Shown here: piece after piece, positions 53,646 to 62,610 of the stretch | How the letters are laid out: each line of letters opens with the position of its first letter | Numbering within the stretch: the stretch's first letter is position 1 | Assembly (NCBI GenBank): GCA_030390025.1 | Contig: JASTWF010000364.1 | Coordinates: 1-64,000, forward strand | Source: Squalus acanthias | Taxonomy: Eukaryota | Reading direction: 5' to 3' | Length of the DNA: 64,000 nt | Translations under genes and position numbers: made by a program | Notes under the pieces: generated by a model | What the model saw: the letters and a program-made list of their open reading frames with translations, nothing else | Told to the model about the DNA's origin: nothing | Databases searched by the model: none

Positions 53646-53681
53646 GTTATAGTGCTGTAATTCCTCTTTTCCCGCCCAATC
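53646..53681 (-). promoter_or_regulatory. candidate LTR core promoter (inverted CCAAT, GC box, TATAA)
   Basis: Minus strand attgggcgggaaaagaggaattacagcactataac; motif match only. Confidence 0.4.
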
Positions 53682-54253
53682 TTAATGTCTATCTTTTGTC
53701 AGGGTTTTGGCGCTCAAACTTCTTGTATGGGGTGATCTCAGTCTTTAATGGGTTTCGGTGACACTTGTAACTGTCTGAGTACCCGTTAATATTTCTCCCA
53801 TTGTGGAACCGGCTAGTAGTCTCCCTGGAGGGGTTTTGGGGCTTCCAAATGCTTGCTGTAAGTACCCGCAAACGGCTCTCTCATCGTAGAGTCGTGGGGA
53901 TTTTGCATATTAATGTCTTTGGATGGGTCCTTGATCGCTCAGTACAATAGCCCTTATTTGCACCCGGGAGACCGATTCCAGTATTTATGTTTAAAATGCA
54001 AACCCATCATGTCTTGTCATTTATCTCAAATGTGCTGAGTCCTGTACGATCTTGCACAAATGTTTATTGGAACGCCATCTTGTCTGCCCATGGAAAGTCT
54101 AGAACTTTCTGCCACGAGGCGTGGCGGCCATTTTACAGGCTGTTTGTGTCCGTTTTGAAACCTGACAGCATTCTGCTGAAATAAAGCTGTTTGTACGAAA
54201 CTTTATGTCTCCTTCTTATTTTATAAAATCGCGATAATTTTGCGAATTCTACA

Positions 54254-54265
54254 GTCCCTCCTGTT
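54254..54265 (-). other. polypurine tract
   Basis: AACAGGAGGGAC immediately before the LTR TG. Confidence 0.7.
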
Positions 54266-54599
54266 GATGCGAATAACTCCGCTTATCGTATCAAAAACAT
54301 TGTGGTGAGCAATATTATTTCGATTCTCCACATCCAAAAATTCCCATAACTTAAAACTATCTAGGGTCTCCGTGTCGTCCTTATTTACCAGGAAAACTAC
54401 ATTCTTATAACACCGTAGGCAGCATTTGCCTTTAACTTACACCGCGTGTATTTCCTTCCAGGTGTAACCAGGCCGATGCCTCTCGCACCACCTGCATATG
54501 CATATTTTTTATTCAAGGAAAAAGAAAAACAACAACAACCAAACAATCATATTCAACAACACCAAATCAAAATAGTCAAAACCAATTCTTAAACATGTA

Positions 54600-55372
54600 G
54601 GGGTAAAAATTGAGTCGCGCCCCATTTGGGGCGCTAACCTCGCCGGGGCGCGACTTTTAGCGCCCCGAAAAAATTAGCGGCCCCGCGCCGGAACTTCAGT
54701 GGTTGCGCCCCAAGAGGGAAGCGGGGCACCACTGGAAGCACCCCGCATCCCTCTTGGGGCGCTGCGAGGGAATATCCTGGCGCTACGTGCCGCAGCGCCA
54801 TGCGCTGCGGCACGTCGCGCCGCGGTATTGCAGGCCTTCCTCCCCTTCTTAAAGGGGAGGGACCCTGCGCAGCGCGAACCGGGGCCCAGCTGGGCCCCCA
54901 GGGATCGGGAGTGCCGGCAAAAGAGCCCGGCACTCAAGAGAAGTGCCGGGCTCTTGGAGCGCAGCCGGCACTTCACGGTGGGGGGGCTTCACGGGGGCCG
55001 GGGACAGCAACGGGGGCAGGTGCTGGCAGGCGGCCAGCAACAAAAATGGCCGCCTGCCACCTCCCCTTTAAATATCGCCGCCCCGGCCGCACATACGCCT
55101 CCCTGAACCCGTCGGACATAGCGTCTGGCGGTAAATCAGGGGGCGCGACTGAAGATCGCGGCTGGAGCGCGAGCGGGGTGCTGCGCACGGCGATGACGTC
55201 ATCGCCGGCGGCGCAGCGCCACAGGGCGCTACCGGCTGGCGCCGCCGCTAACCTCCCGCTGAATTTTTCGGGAGGCGTGGGCGGCGCTGCGCCCGGGCGT
55301 TAGCTGCTTTACGCCCCATTAGCGCCCTCTTAAGGCGCTAACGGGAGGCGCAAGCAGCTGAATTTTTCCCCC
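54600..55372. mobile_element. PIF/Harbinger-like MITE, copy 2, inserted between env and the PPT
   Basis: TIRs GGGGTAAAAATTGAG / CTGAATTTTTCCCCC. TSD GTA at 54597-54599 and 55373-55375. Shares subterminal blocks with copy 1. Confidence 0.88.
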
Positions 55373-55474
55373 GTAGAGTTCCAAACTTAATTACAGTTTC
55401 TGAGAAAAGTCACGATCGATTACAACAATTCCGAGGCGCACGTGGAAAAACTGGAGTGACGCCATTTTGTCTGT

Positions 55475-57824
55475 TTACGCGGTGCTTTCATCGTGCACGC
55501 GCACGTAACGTTCTCGCCACTCTCCCGTGTTTTCGTTCTTGGTGAGGCGTTTGCCTCTCTTACAATGCACGACCAATAAGTATATCACAATAAACACTTG
55601 GCATACAACTAAAATGTGGGAGGCTATTCTAATCCAGGAAGGCACTTCAATGTTGGTGAACAGATCCCACCACGGTGGAATTACTATGTCCAGAATTTCT
55701 GTCCCTATCTCGACAGTCTTTTGTTCTAGGGTGTAAAAATGTTTTTGCGATACCGCGACGGCTTTTAAAAGCTTGGTGAGGTGTTCAGGGAGAGGGGGAA
55801 TGAGGTATCCGAAATGCGTGACGAATCGCTGCAAGTCGGTGAAGTTCTCTTTTACTGTAAGATGAACAGTGGATGGTTCAGGGATCGGGACAATTCGCTG
55901 TTGTGCTACTTGAACTTCCGCCCTGGGTTTAAAACAGAAACTGCTGTCCCTCACCGGACACCGGCTACGGTTTCCATGTTGGTAGTGTTGCGCTGCAGTG
56001 GTAACACAATATGTTCCACCCCCGATGTATGCTACCTGCGGAGGCACATGATCTTGTGCCATTGCCTCCATGGTGCAATTCATGGGCTTGGCGCCAGCCG
56101 TTCTGAACCCGCACTGTGGTGTTAAAAAGCCATTCAAGTGCTGGGGACACAGTATTATGTGTGCTCCCCGGCCACGACAACCAGAGAGATCTGTACCTGT
56201 CATCGTTTGCTCCCAGCGGATGACGTAAGGTGGAACCGCTGCATAGCGAATGTGGGCTCCCCCCTGAATGACACCAATGTTCTCTACCCGATACACCGGG
56301 GCGGGCTTTGCTGTGTCGCCCAAAACCGGCATACGTAAAACTATACCCATGATGGTATGGTTTGATCGTCCGCAGTCCACGGGGACTGGGTATGCTTCTG
56401 AAGCTAGCCTGAGCTGGCACGGACTTAATGCGTTCTGAAAAGGGTGGAGCGCCTGCAGGTGTTTGTTACTTATCCAGGACGGGACCAAACCTTGTTTTAA
56501 ATCCTCCAAATTACTGCGGCCCTCGCCCAGTAACCACGCCCCGTAAAGCACGCACACCTCGTTCTGCGCAGCCTGATCGGACGCATTCCGATCTTCCCTA
56601 ATCAGGGGCATTTACCGTACGCGCATGTTTCTCTAGTTCAGCTATTATTTCTTTTAAATGGAGAGTCATGGCCTGGTCCTCGTGTAACCCAGACCCAACC
56701 ACCTTATTTTCGTCTGTGAGAATGCTTTTTAATTGTGTTTTTAAACCATTAATCTGGGTCTGCAGCTCCACGCTGTCTAGAGCGTTGACCACAGATGTAC
56801 CTGTATTGAAAGCAGTGAACATGTCGTTCACAACACCCCTTCTTTGCCTCCCCACCTGACCCAAAACTTCATGTGCGGTGTACAAACTTGTTTTATCAAT
56901 TTCCGCGAAATCGAACTCATAAAATTGCCTAAACATCTTGGTCAACAGGACCTGATATAACTGTTCCGTCTCTTTGGGGCACCACTCCGGCAACCGTACC
57001 TCGGTGAGGTTTAAAATCACCGAGGCCACCGCGTAATGTACTCCCTGAAATAGTATCTGGTCTGTAGGGACCAGTACCAAACCATTCCCGGGTCCCTTAC
57101 TGGTTTTTGGGCACCCTTCTCCTTAGCTAGAACCACCGGAATTGTGGGCGGGGCCTTGCGTGGGCGCGTAATGAGTTCAGTGGCATTTACCGGGATCGAA
57201 GAGTATGGAGCTCCGCACCCCCTGGTGCTCGCATCCCACCTCATCCCCTGTCCGTTATCCTGCCATTGATTGATGAAAAATATGGAGATGCCTTTGGGGC
57301 AAACGTGCTTTGACCCCCCACATACATACATAAATTCCCTCATCCGGTTCCCACCATTTGTCCCAACAGACTCTCACTTGTCCATTTGTCCCCGTAATTG
57401 TCCGATGGGTATTATTACCCAGTCGCTCCCACTCGACCGAAGAGTTCCTCATGTTTTTGCTCAGCTTTCGCAGCCACCACCATCGGCTCAATGGGACATT
57501 CCCATTACAAGTCAAACAAATCCGTTTACCGACGGTGACGCTGACTCTGGGTGCGATGATCCTCACTTTGGGGCACATTAAAGAAGTCTCTTTGTAGGCA
57601 AAACCCGATGTACAGGAATACTCAGTGGAATTCGTTCCCAGCCATCCTGGCCACCTTCCCTTGTGGAAATAGGTGGTGGTCTCCTCAGCCTCTCGCCTTC
57701 CGGTCCCATCCACCGCGATAGGGGCCGTGTCCCCGGAGCATCCAAACACCACGACATCCTTGGTGCGGCCTCGATAGGCCAATCCACATCCGATTGCTGC
57801 GAGCACTACTAGAATTCGTTCCAT
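55475..57824 (-). pseudogene. env: envelope glycoprotein (~780 aa reconstructed): signal peptide, Ig-like domain, furin site, F-like fusion subunit, TM, tail; three 1-nt frameshifts
   Basis: ATG at 57824 (AGGATGG) starts MERILVVLAAIGCGLA. Joined from ORFs 57255-57983, 57017-57343, 56598-57080 and 55475-56611. RQRR at 56838-56849; TM segment ILVVCQVFIVIYLLVV. Confidence 0.85.
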
Positions 57825-57837
57825 CCTTCCTTGGTTC

Positions 57838-57860
57838 CTGTGATCAGATAGAATGAGGTA
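57838..57860 (-). promoter_or_regulatory. candidate env splice acceptor
   Basis: ctcattctatctgatcacag|G, 13 nt before the env ATG; a second candidate tttttttaacag ends at 57995. Confidence 0.45.
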
Positions 57861-58119
57861 GCCAGCCTCCCAAGAGTCTCTGGCTTTTGTGAAGGGTGAG
57901 CGAGTCCCCTGACCTCGCCTCACGTAAGAAGACATGTGTACTGGATAGACTTTAACTATTCCTATTTCTAAAACTCCCATCATTTTACCATTTTCTGTTA
58001 AAAAAATTAAACTACAAACTTAACCTGATTTAAAACTATAAACTTGAACTTACAAAACTCATCAACTTATCACTTATCTTAATAACTGTACAGTGCCGCC
58101 CGTTCCCAGGGCGGCCTAC

Positions 58120-61100
58120 TCAAATTCTGCGGTTGCTGCCGCAGGCTTCTCCCAACGGTGGGAGGGCATTGACCCCTCCCTTTGATCTGCCGCAGCCTGT
58201 TGCTGCTGCGCTGTGACTGGGCTCTCCCTGGGCTGCCTTAGCCCTGGGCCTACGCTTAGGGACATACGGGGGACTTACCCACATCTTTCTGGGCTGGGGT
58301 GTCCGACCTGACCTATGGAGAACTACCGGGGGCAGGAACTCCAGGACTGACGGACCGGGTTTTGAGACTTCCACCGTGGCGACCCGTGGTCCCACCACAG
58401 TCGTTGGCTCCGCCTCCCCTGACTCCGCCTCCCTGAACTCGGGATCTGCAGCTTGTGGCACCGCCCTACTTGGCCCAGAAGGCGGCCCTTCACTCGCAGT
58501 CCCTACCTCCCTCGAGGGCAAGACGTTCAAGGTGGGCGGCTCGGGCTCTGAGGCTTCCATCGCCACGCCCTGTGGTCCCACCACAGCGGCTGGCTCCGCC
58601 TCCCCTAGCTCCGCCCCCCTGCGTTCGGGACCTGCAGCTTCGGCCTCCACCCTGTGTGGATCTCTATCTGCAGCCCCTGTCTCCCCTATACCTGAATCGG
58701 GGGCGACCCTTTCGTCCTCCGATTCCAGCTCCTCTTCGCTTGTGTCACTATCTTCGTTGAGCTCCTCGAACTCTTCCTCATCTGACTCCCAACCCAAATA
58801 AAGGATCCTACATTTTGCTAGGATGTCCTCTCCCCTGATGCAAGCTGCTTTGCCTGCCTGTGTGCCCTGTGGCCCTACCTGGGGCTGCGAGTCCCCACTC
58901 GCAGGTTTGGCCCCTGTGGTTGGCCCTTGTGCACCCGGCTTATACAGTTTGCACTGATTTACGTGGAACCACTTAGTGCGCCGGGATACCTTTACGGCGT
59001 ATACCATGGGACTCGCCTTATCTACAAGGCTGTAGGGTCCCATATACAGTGGTTCCAGACTCCCTACTCTGGCATAGTTTCTGACCATGACCTGGTCTCC
59101 TACTTCCCACTCCCGCTTTTTGAGGGGTTCCAGCAACAGGCGATTGCCCTGATGCTGCCTTCCCATGTTCCCAGCCGCCTGCTCATAAACCTGCTTCAGG
59201 CGCTCCAAGAGGGTCTGGACGAACTTGTCCCTGCTTACCTCTTGGAGCTGACCCTCAGTGAGCACCGGCGCTAGCACATGGGTGGGGGTTCGCATGATCC
59301 TCCCAGTCATCACCTCGTGCGGGGAATACCCTGTACTTTTCGACTGACTGGCCCGGACCCCCATGAGGACTAAAGGCAGAACCTCCGCCCATTTTTGGGG
59401 CGAGTTCATAGTCTCTTTCCTCAATTTCTCCTTCAGGGTCCGGTTCATGCGTTCAACAATCCCGGATGACTGGGGATTGTGCGCTACGTGCCATTTCCCT
59501 TCAATGCCCAAAAGCATGAGGGTGTTCTGCATCACCTGGCCGGTGAAATGACTCCCTTGGTCTGACTCCACAAAACGGTGGAGTCCCCACCGCGAGAACA
59601 CTTCCCGGACCAAGATTTTTGCAGTACCCAGTGCCGTAGCTGTTCTACAGGGGAAGGCTTCCATCCATTTGGAAAACACATCCACCAAGACGAGGCAGTA
59701 TTTGTAGCCTCCCTGGGTGGTGGGCAGGGGCCCTATATAGTCGATCTGTATCGACTGCCATGGTCCCTCCACCCTCCTGATGTGCCCCATGGGCACTTTC
59801 CTTTTCTGGGGGTCTGGGTTGTTTGCAGCGCACACGAGACAGCTTGCACAGAACTCGCGGACCTGCTCCCTGAGCCCCGGCCACCATCCCGCTTGCTCTA
59901 CCCGTTGCCAGGTAACCTCGGGCCCGGGGTGCCCTGCCCCCGGTCCCTCATGAGCCAACTGGAGGAATTCCCTCCTGTGCTGCTGCGGCACAACCCACTG
60001 CTCCTCGCGGAACAGCATGCCTTCCCTAACGGAGAGGGTTGCCGTGCTGTACGGACCCTCTACCTGCTTGCCCTCAGCAATGGTTCTGAGAACTGCTTTT
60101 AGGGCGGGATCCTGGTTCTGGACGGTCTTAAGGTCTAGGGGCAATGCTACCCTGGTGTTCCCGGAATTCCCGTCCCTGCCTTGGATCGCTGCCACGGGTC
60201 TGGGCCCATAGGGGTCCCAGAAAATGCCGTTACGGGCACCCTCCCTGGCTAGCGCATCCGCCTGCTGGTTGCCCTCCCCACGGGGCTCTGTGGAGGAGTG
60301 AGCCTTCACCTTATGGATGAAAATCTCCCCTTCCTCCCCTACTGCTGCTAGGATCTTTTCCAGCAAGGGCTTCACCGTTAAAGGTCGTCCGTCCGCGGAG
60401 GTGTATCCACGGCGGGACCAAATGGCCAGGTATTCCGTACACGAATTGCACGTGAACATACTGTCCGAGCAAATCGTGTATGGGGTTGGGAAAGTTTCTG
60501 GGTGGGTAATGACGTACACCACTGCAGACAGCTCAGCCTGCTGCGCGCTCATGGTGCTGGGGAGCTTAATCGCCAGGGCAAGGTTTGCCGCAGGGTCATA
60601 AACTCCGCACCCTGTGAGTCGTTCGCCAGCGGACACTGTGCTGGAACCATCAACATAAATTTCGCGCCCAGTGGGATGTATCCCGGCCCGCAAACCTATG
60701 TTGACTTCCCACACCCCTTCCACCGAACACTGGTGGACTGTACCGGGGTATACCAAATTGGCCGCAAGCCTGGGCTCGCAAAGACCTTTAATTCTAAGAT
60801 CCATCTGGGAAAGAAGAAGGGTCCAGCGCGCAATTCGAACGTTGCTTACGGTCCCATCCTTAATCCTCCCATCTAGAAGCATCTTAGTTGGTGTGTGATG
60901 GGTGAGGAGAGTGATGGGAGAGAGCCCTGTGAAGATTGCTGATCTTTTCACAGCCCAATGCGTGGCTAAAAGATGCCTTTCGCAATTGGAGAAACTCCTT
61001 TCCACATCCGTTAACACCCTGGACGAATAGACAACCGGCCTCAGCTTGCCGTGATGCTCTTGGAGCAGCACAGCGCTCAAACTGTCTCCGCTGGCAGCTA

Positions 61101-62610
61101 CCTCCAGGAAAAACTCCTTCCCCCCATCTATGGCCCCTAAAGCTGGCGCGGTCTGCAAATCCCTTTTTAACTTCTCGAAGGCTGCCTGGCAGCCCTCGTC
61201 CCAAGACCACTCCACTCCCTTATGGAGGAGTCGGAGCAGCGGCGCCGCTGTGGCCGCGTAGTCTTCGATAAAATCCCTGCAGTAACCGGTCAGTCCCAAA
61301 AAGGACCTCACACCCCTTATGGTGTTGGGAATCGGTAACTCTTGCACCGACTCCCTCCTAGCCTTATCTATGGCTCTTTCCCCAGCGCGAATGGTCAGCC
61401 CCAGGAATTTTACTTCCTGCTGACCGATACGTGCTTTCTTAGGGTTCACTTTAAAACCCTTTCTCGCTAGCAGCTCCAATAACTCGGCCAGCAGTGGTCC
61501 ATGCTCCTCCCTTGAGTCCGTAAATAGGAGCAAATCATCCACGTACTGCACTATCTGATTGGGCTGACTAAACTCCTTTAAACTTCCTGCCATACACTGG
61601 TGGAAAATACTGGGGCTGTTGTGGAAACCCTGTGGCAGACAGTTCCATGTATACTGTTGTCCTTTGAAAGTAAAGGCAAACTTGTACTGGTCCTCTCGCC
61701 GCAGCGGGATGGACCAAAAACCGTTCGAGATATCCAGCACCGTGAACGTGGTCGCGGACGCTGGGATACTCCCTATTAGGTCAGCAACTGCTGCTACCGT
61801 GGGCGCGCAGGCGGGAATGTTACTGTTAAGGACTCTGTAGTCCACCGTGGCCCTCCACGAATTATCCGGCTTCCTAACCGGCCATAATGGGGAGTTCACG
61901 TGTGTGGCTATCGGCCTCAACACGCCCTGCTGCACCAAGGAGGACATTGCTGTCTCCATATCGGGTTCTGCTTCTTTGGGGAAGTTATACTGCTTTTGGG
62001 GCCGGGTCATGGGGTCCCCATCTACGCTGACCTCAAACCCGGTAACCCTCCCACAATCGTGCTTGTGGGTTGCAAACGCGTGCATATTATCTGACACGTA
62101 CGTTTGCATGTCCGTTGGGACATCCGCGACCATAAGCCCGAGGTCGTAGCCTCCGGATGGCTTCATGGTACACAGGGCCCCTTTACCTTCCTCCCCCGGG
62201 ATTACCACTACCTCGCCTTTTCCACCCTTAGCTCCCCAGAGACAGTGATTCCTGAGGTCCACGAGGATCCCGTGCCCCGATAGGAGGTCTGATCCGAGGA
62301 TGCCTCTCCCACCCCCCTCTTGCCATTTCATCAGTATGCACTTCCACGTGGTGTGGAGTGCTCCTAAATGAATGGATAGCGGAATGGAGAACGCGCCAGC
62401 CTGCTCTTTTCCTGTAAACCCCGCTAATGTGTATGGGCCCTTGGTAGATAGCGGTGAGTCAAAAGGGCTATCCGTATGAATCACGGTGCATGAAGCTCCC
62501 GTGTCCAACAAATAACTACCCTTCTGCTTTTCTACCTCCATCTCCACCAGGGGTCGCTTCCACGCATCATAGCTGAGCGGACACAGGTAGACGGGCTGTG
62601 CGGGCTCTAG
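58120..62610 (-). CDS. pol: Pol polyprotein: protease, RT, tether RNase H, RNase H, integrase, acidic C-terminal extension
   Basis: Stop-free frame from just after the gag stop. LLDTGAS; LDISNGFW, LPQG, YVDD; YVDGSS, QAEL, SDS, KAH, NQQAD; HHCC, IDYIGP, SDQG, VERMNRTLK; GPY. Confidence 0.97.
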   Translation of the reverse strand, partial: LEPAQPVYLCPLSYDAWKRPLVEMEVEKQKGSYLLDTGASCTVIHTDSPFDSPLSTKGPYTLAGFTGKEQAGAFSIPLSIHLGALHTTWKCILMKWQEGGGRGILGSDLLSGHGILVDLRNHCLWGAKGGKGEVVVIPGEEGKGALCTMKPSGGYDLGLMVADVPTDMQTYVSDNMHAFATHKHDCGRVTGFEVSVDGDPMTRPQKQYNFPKEAEPDMETAMSSLVQQGVLRPIATHVNSPLWPVRKPDNSWRATVDYRVLNSNIPACAPTVAAVADLIGSIPASATTFTVLDISNGFWSIPLRREDQYKFAFTFKGQQYTWNCLPQGFHNSPSIFHQCMAGSLKEFSQPNQIVQYVDDLLLFTDSREEHGPLLAELLELLARKGFKVNPKKARIGQQEVKFLGLTIRAGERAIDKARRESVQELPIPNTIRGVRSFLGLTGYCRDFIEDYAATAAPLLRLLHKGVEWSWDEGCQAAFEKLKRDLQTAPALGAIDGGKEFFLEVAASGDSLSAVLLQEHHGKLRPVVYSSRVLTDVERSFSNCERHLLATHWAVKRSAIFTGLSPITLLTHHTPTKMLLDGRIKDGTVSNVRIARWTLLLSQMDLRIKGLCEPRLAANLVYPGTVHQCSVEGVWEVNIGLRAGIHPTGREIYVDGSSTVSAGERLTGCGVYDPAANLALAIKLPSTMSAQQAELSAVVYVITHPETFPTPYTICSDSMFTCNSCTEYLAIWSRRGYTSADGRPLTVKPLLEKILAAVGEEGEIFIHKVKAHSSTEPRGEGNQQADALAREGARNGIFWDPYGPRPVAAIQGRDGNSGNTRVALPLDLKTVQNQDPALKAVLRTIAEGKQVEGPYSTATLSVREGMLFREEQWVVPQQHRREFLQLAHEGPGAGHPGPEVTWQRVEQAGWWPGLREQVREFCASCLVCAANNPDPQKRKVPMGHIRRVEGPWQSIQIDYIGPLPTTQGGYKYCLVLVDVFSKWMEAFPCRTATALGTAKILVREVFSRWGLHRFVESDQGSHFTGQVMQNTLMLLGIEGKWHVAHNPQSSGIVERMNRTLKEKLRKETMNSPQKWAEVLPLVLMGVRASQSKSTGYSPHEVMTGRIMRTPTHVLAPVLTEGQLQEVSRDKFVQTLLERLKQVYEQAAGNMGRQHQGNRLLLEPLKKREWEVGDQVMVRNYARVGSLEPLYMGPYSLVDKASPMVYAVKVSRRTKWFHVNQCKLYKPGAQGPTTGAKPASGDSQPQVGPQGTQAGKAACIRGEDILAKCRILYLGWESDEEEFEELNEDSDTSEEELESEDERVAPDSGIGETGAADRDPHRVEAEAAGPERRGAELGEAEPAAVVGPQGVAMEASEPEPPTLNVLPSREVGTASEGPPSGPSRAVPQAADPEFREAESGEAEPTTVVGPRVATVEVSKPGPSVLEFLPPVVLHRSGRTPQPRKMWVSPPYVPKRRPRAKAAQGEPSHSAAATGCGRSKGGVNALPPLGEACGSNRRI

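Larger units (their letters stand above)
52621..54253 (-). repeat. 3' LTR (1633 bp)
   Basis: Minus strand starts TGTAGAA at 54253, directly after a purine tract, and ends CTTACA at 52621 (TGTA...TACA); AATAAA at 52844-52839. The 5' LTR is not in the window, so boundaries cannot be confirmed. Confidence 0.75.

Noticed and set aside
54634..55303. Possible retroviral accessory genes downstream of env
   Set aside because: They lie entirely inside a GC-rich MITE bounded by TIRs and a TSD; such ORFs are expected from low stop-codon frequency.
57825..57983. Longer env start MMGVLEIG
   Set aside because: The ATG at 57824 has a strong Kozak context, a signal peptide and an adjacent acceptor, so it is preferred. 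An extended leader is not fully excluded.
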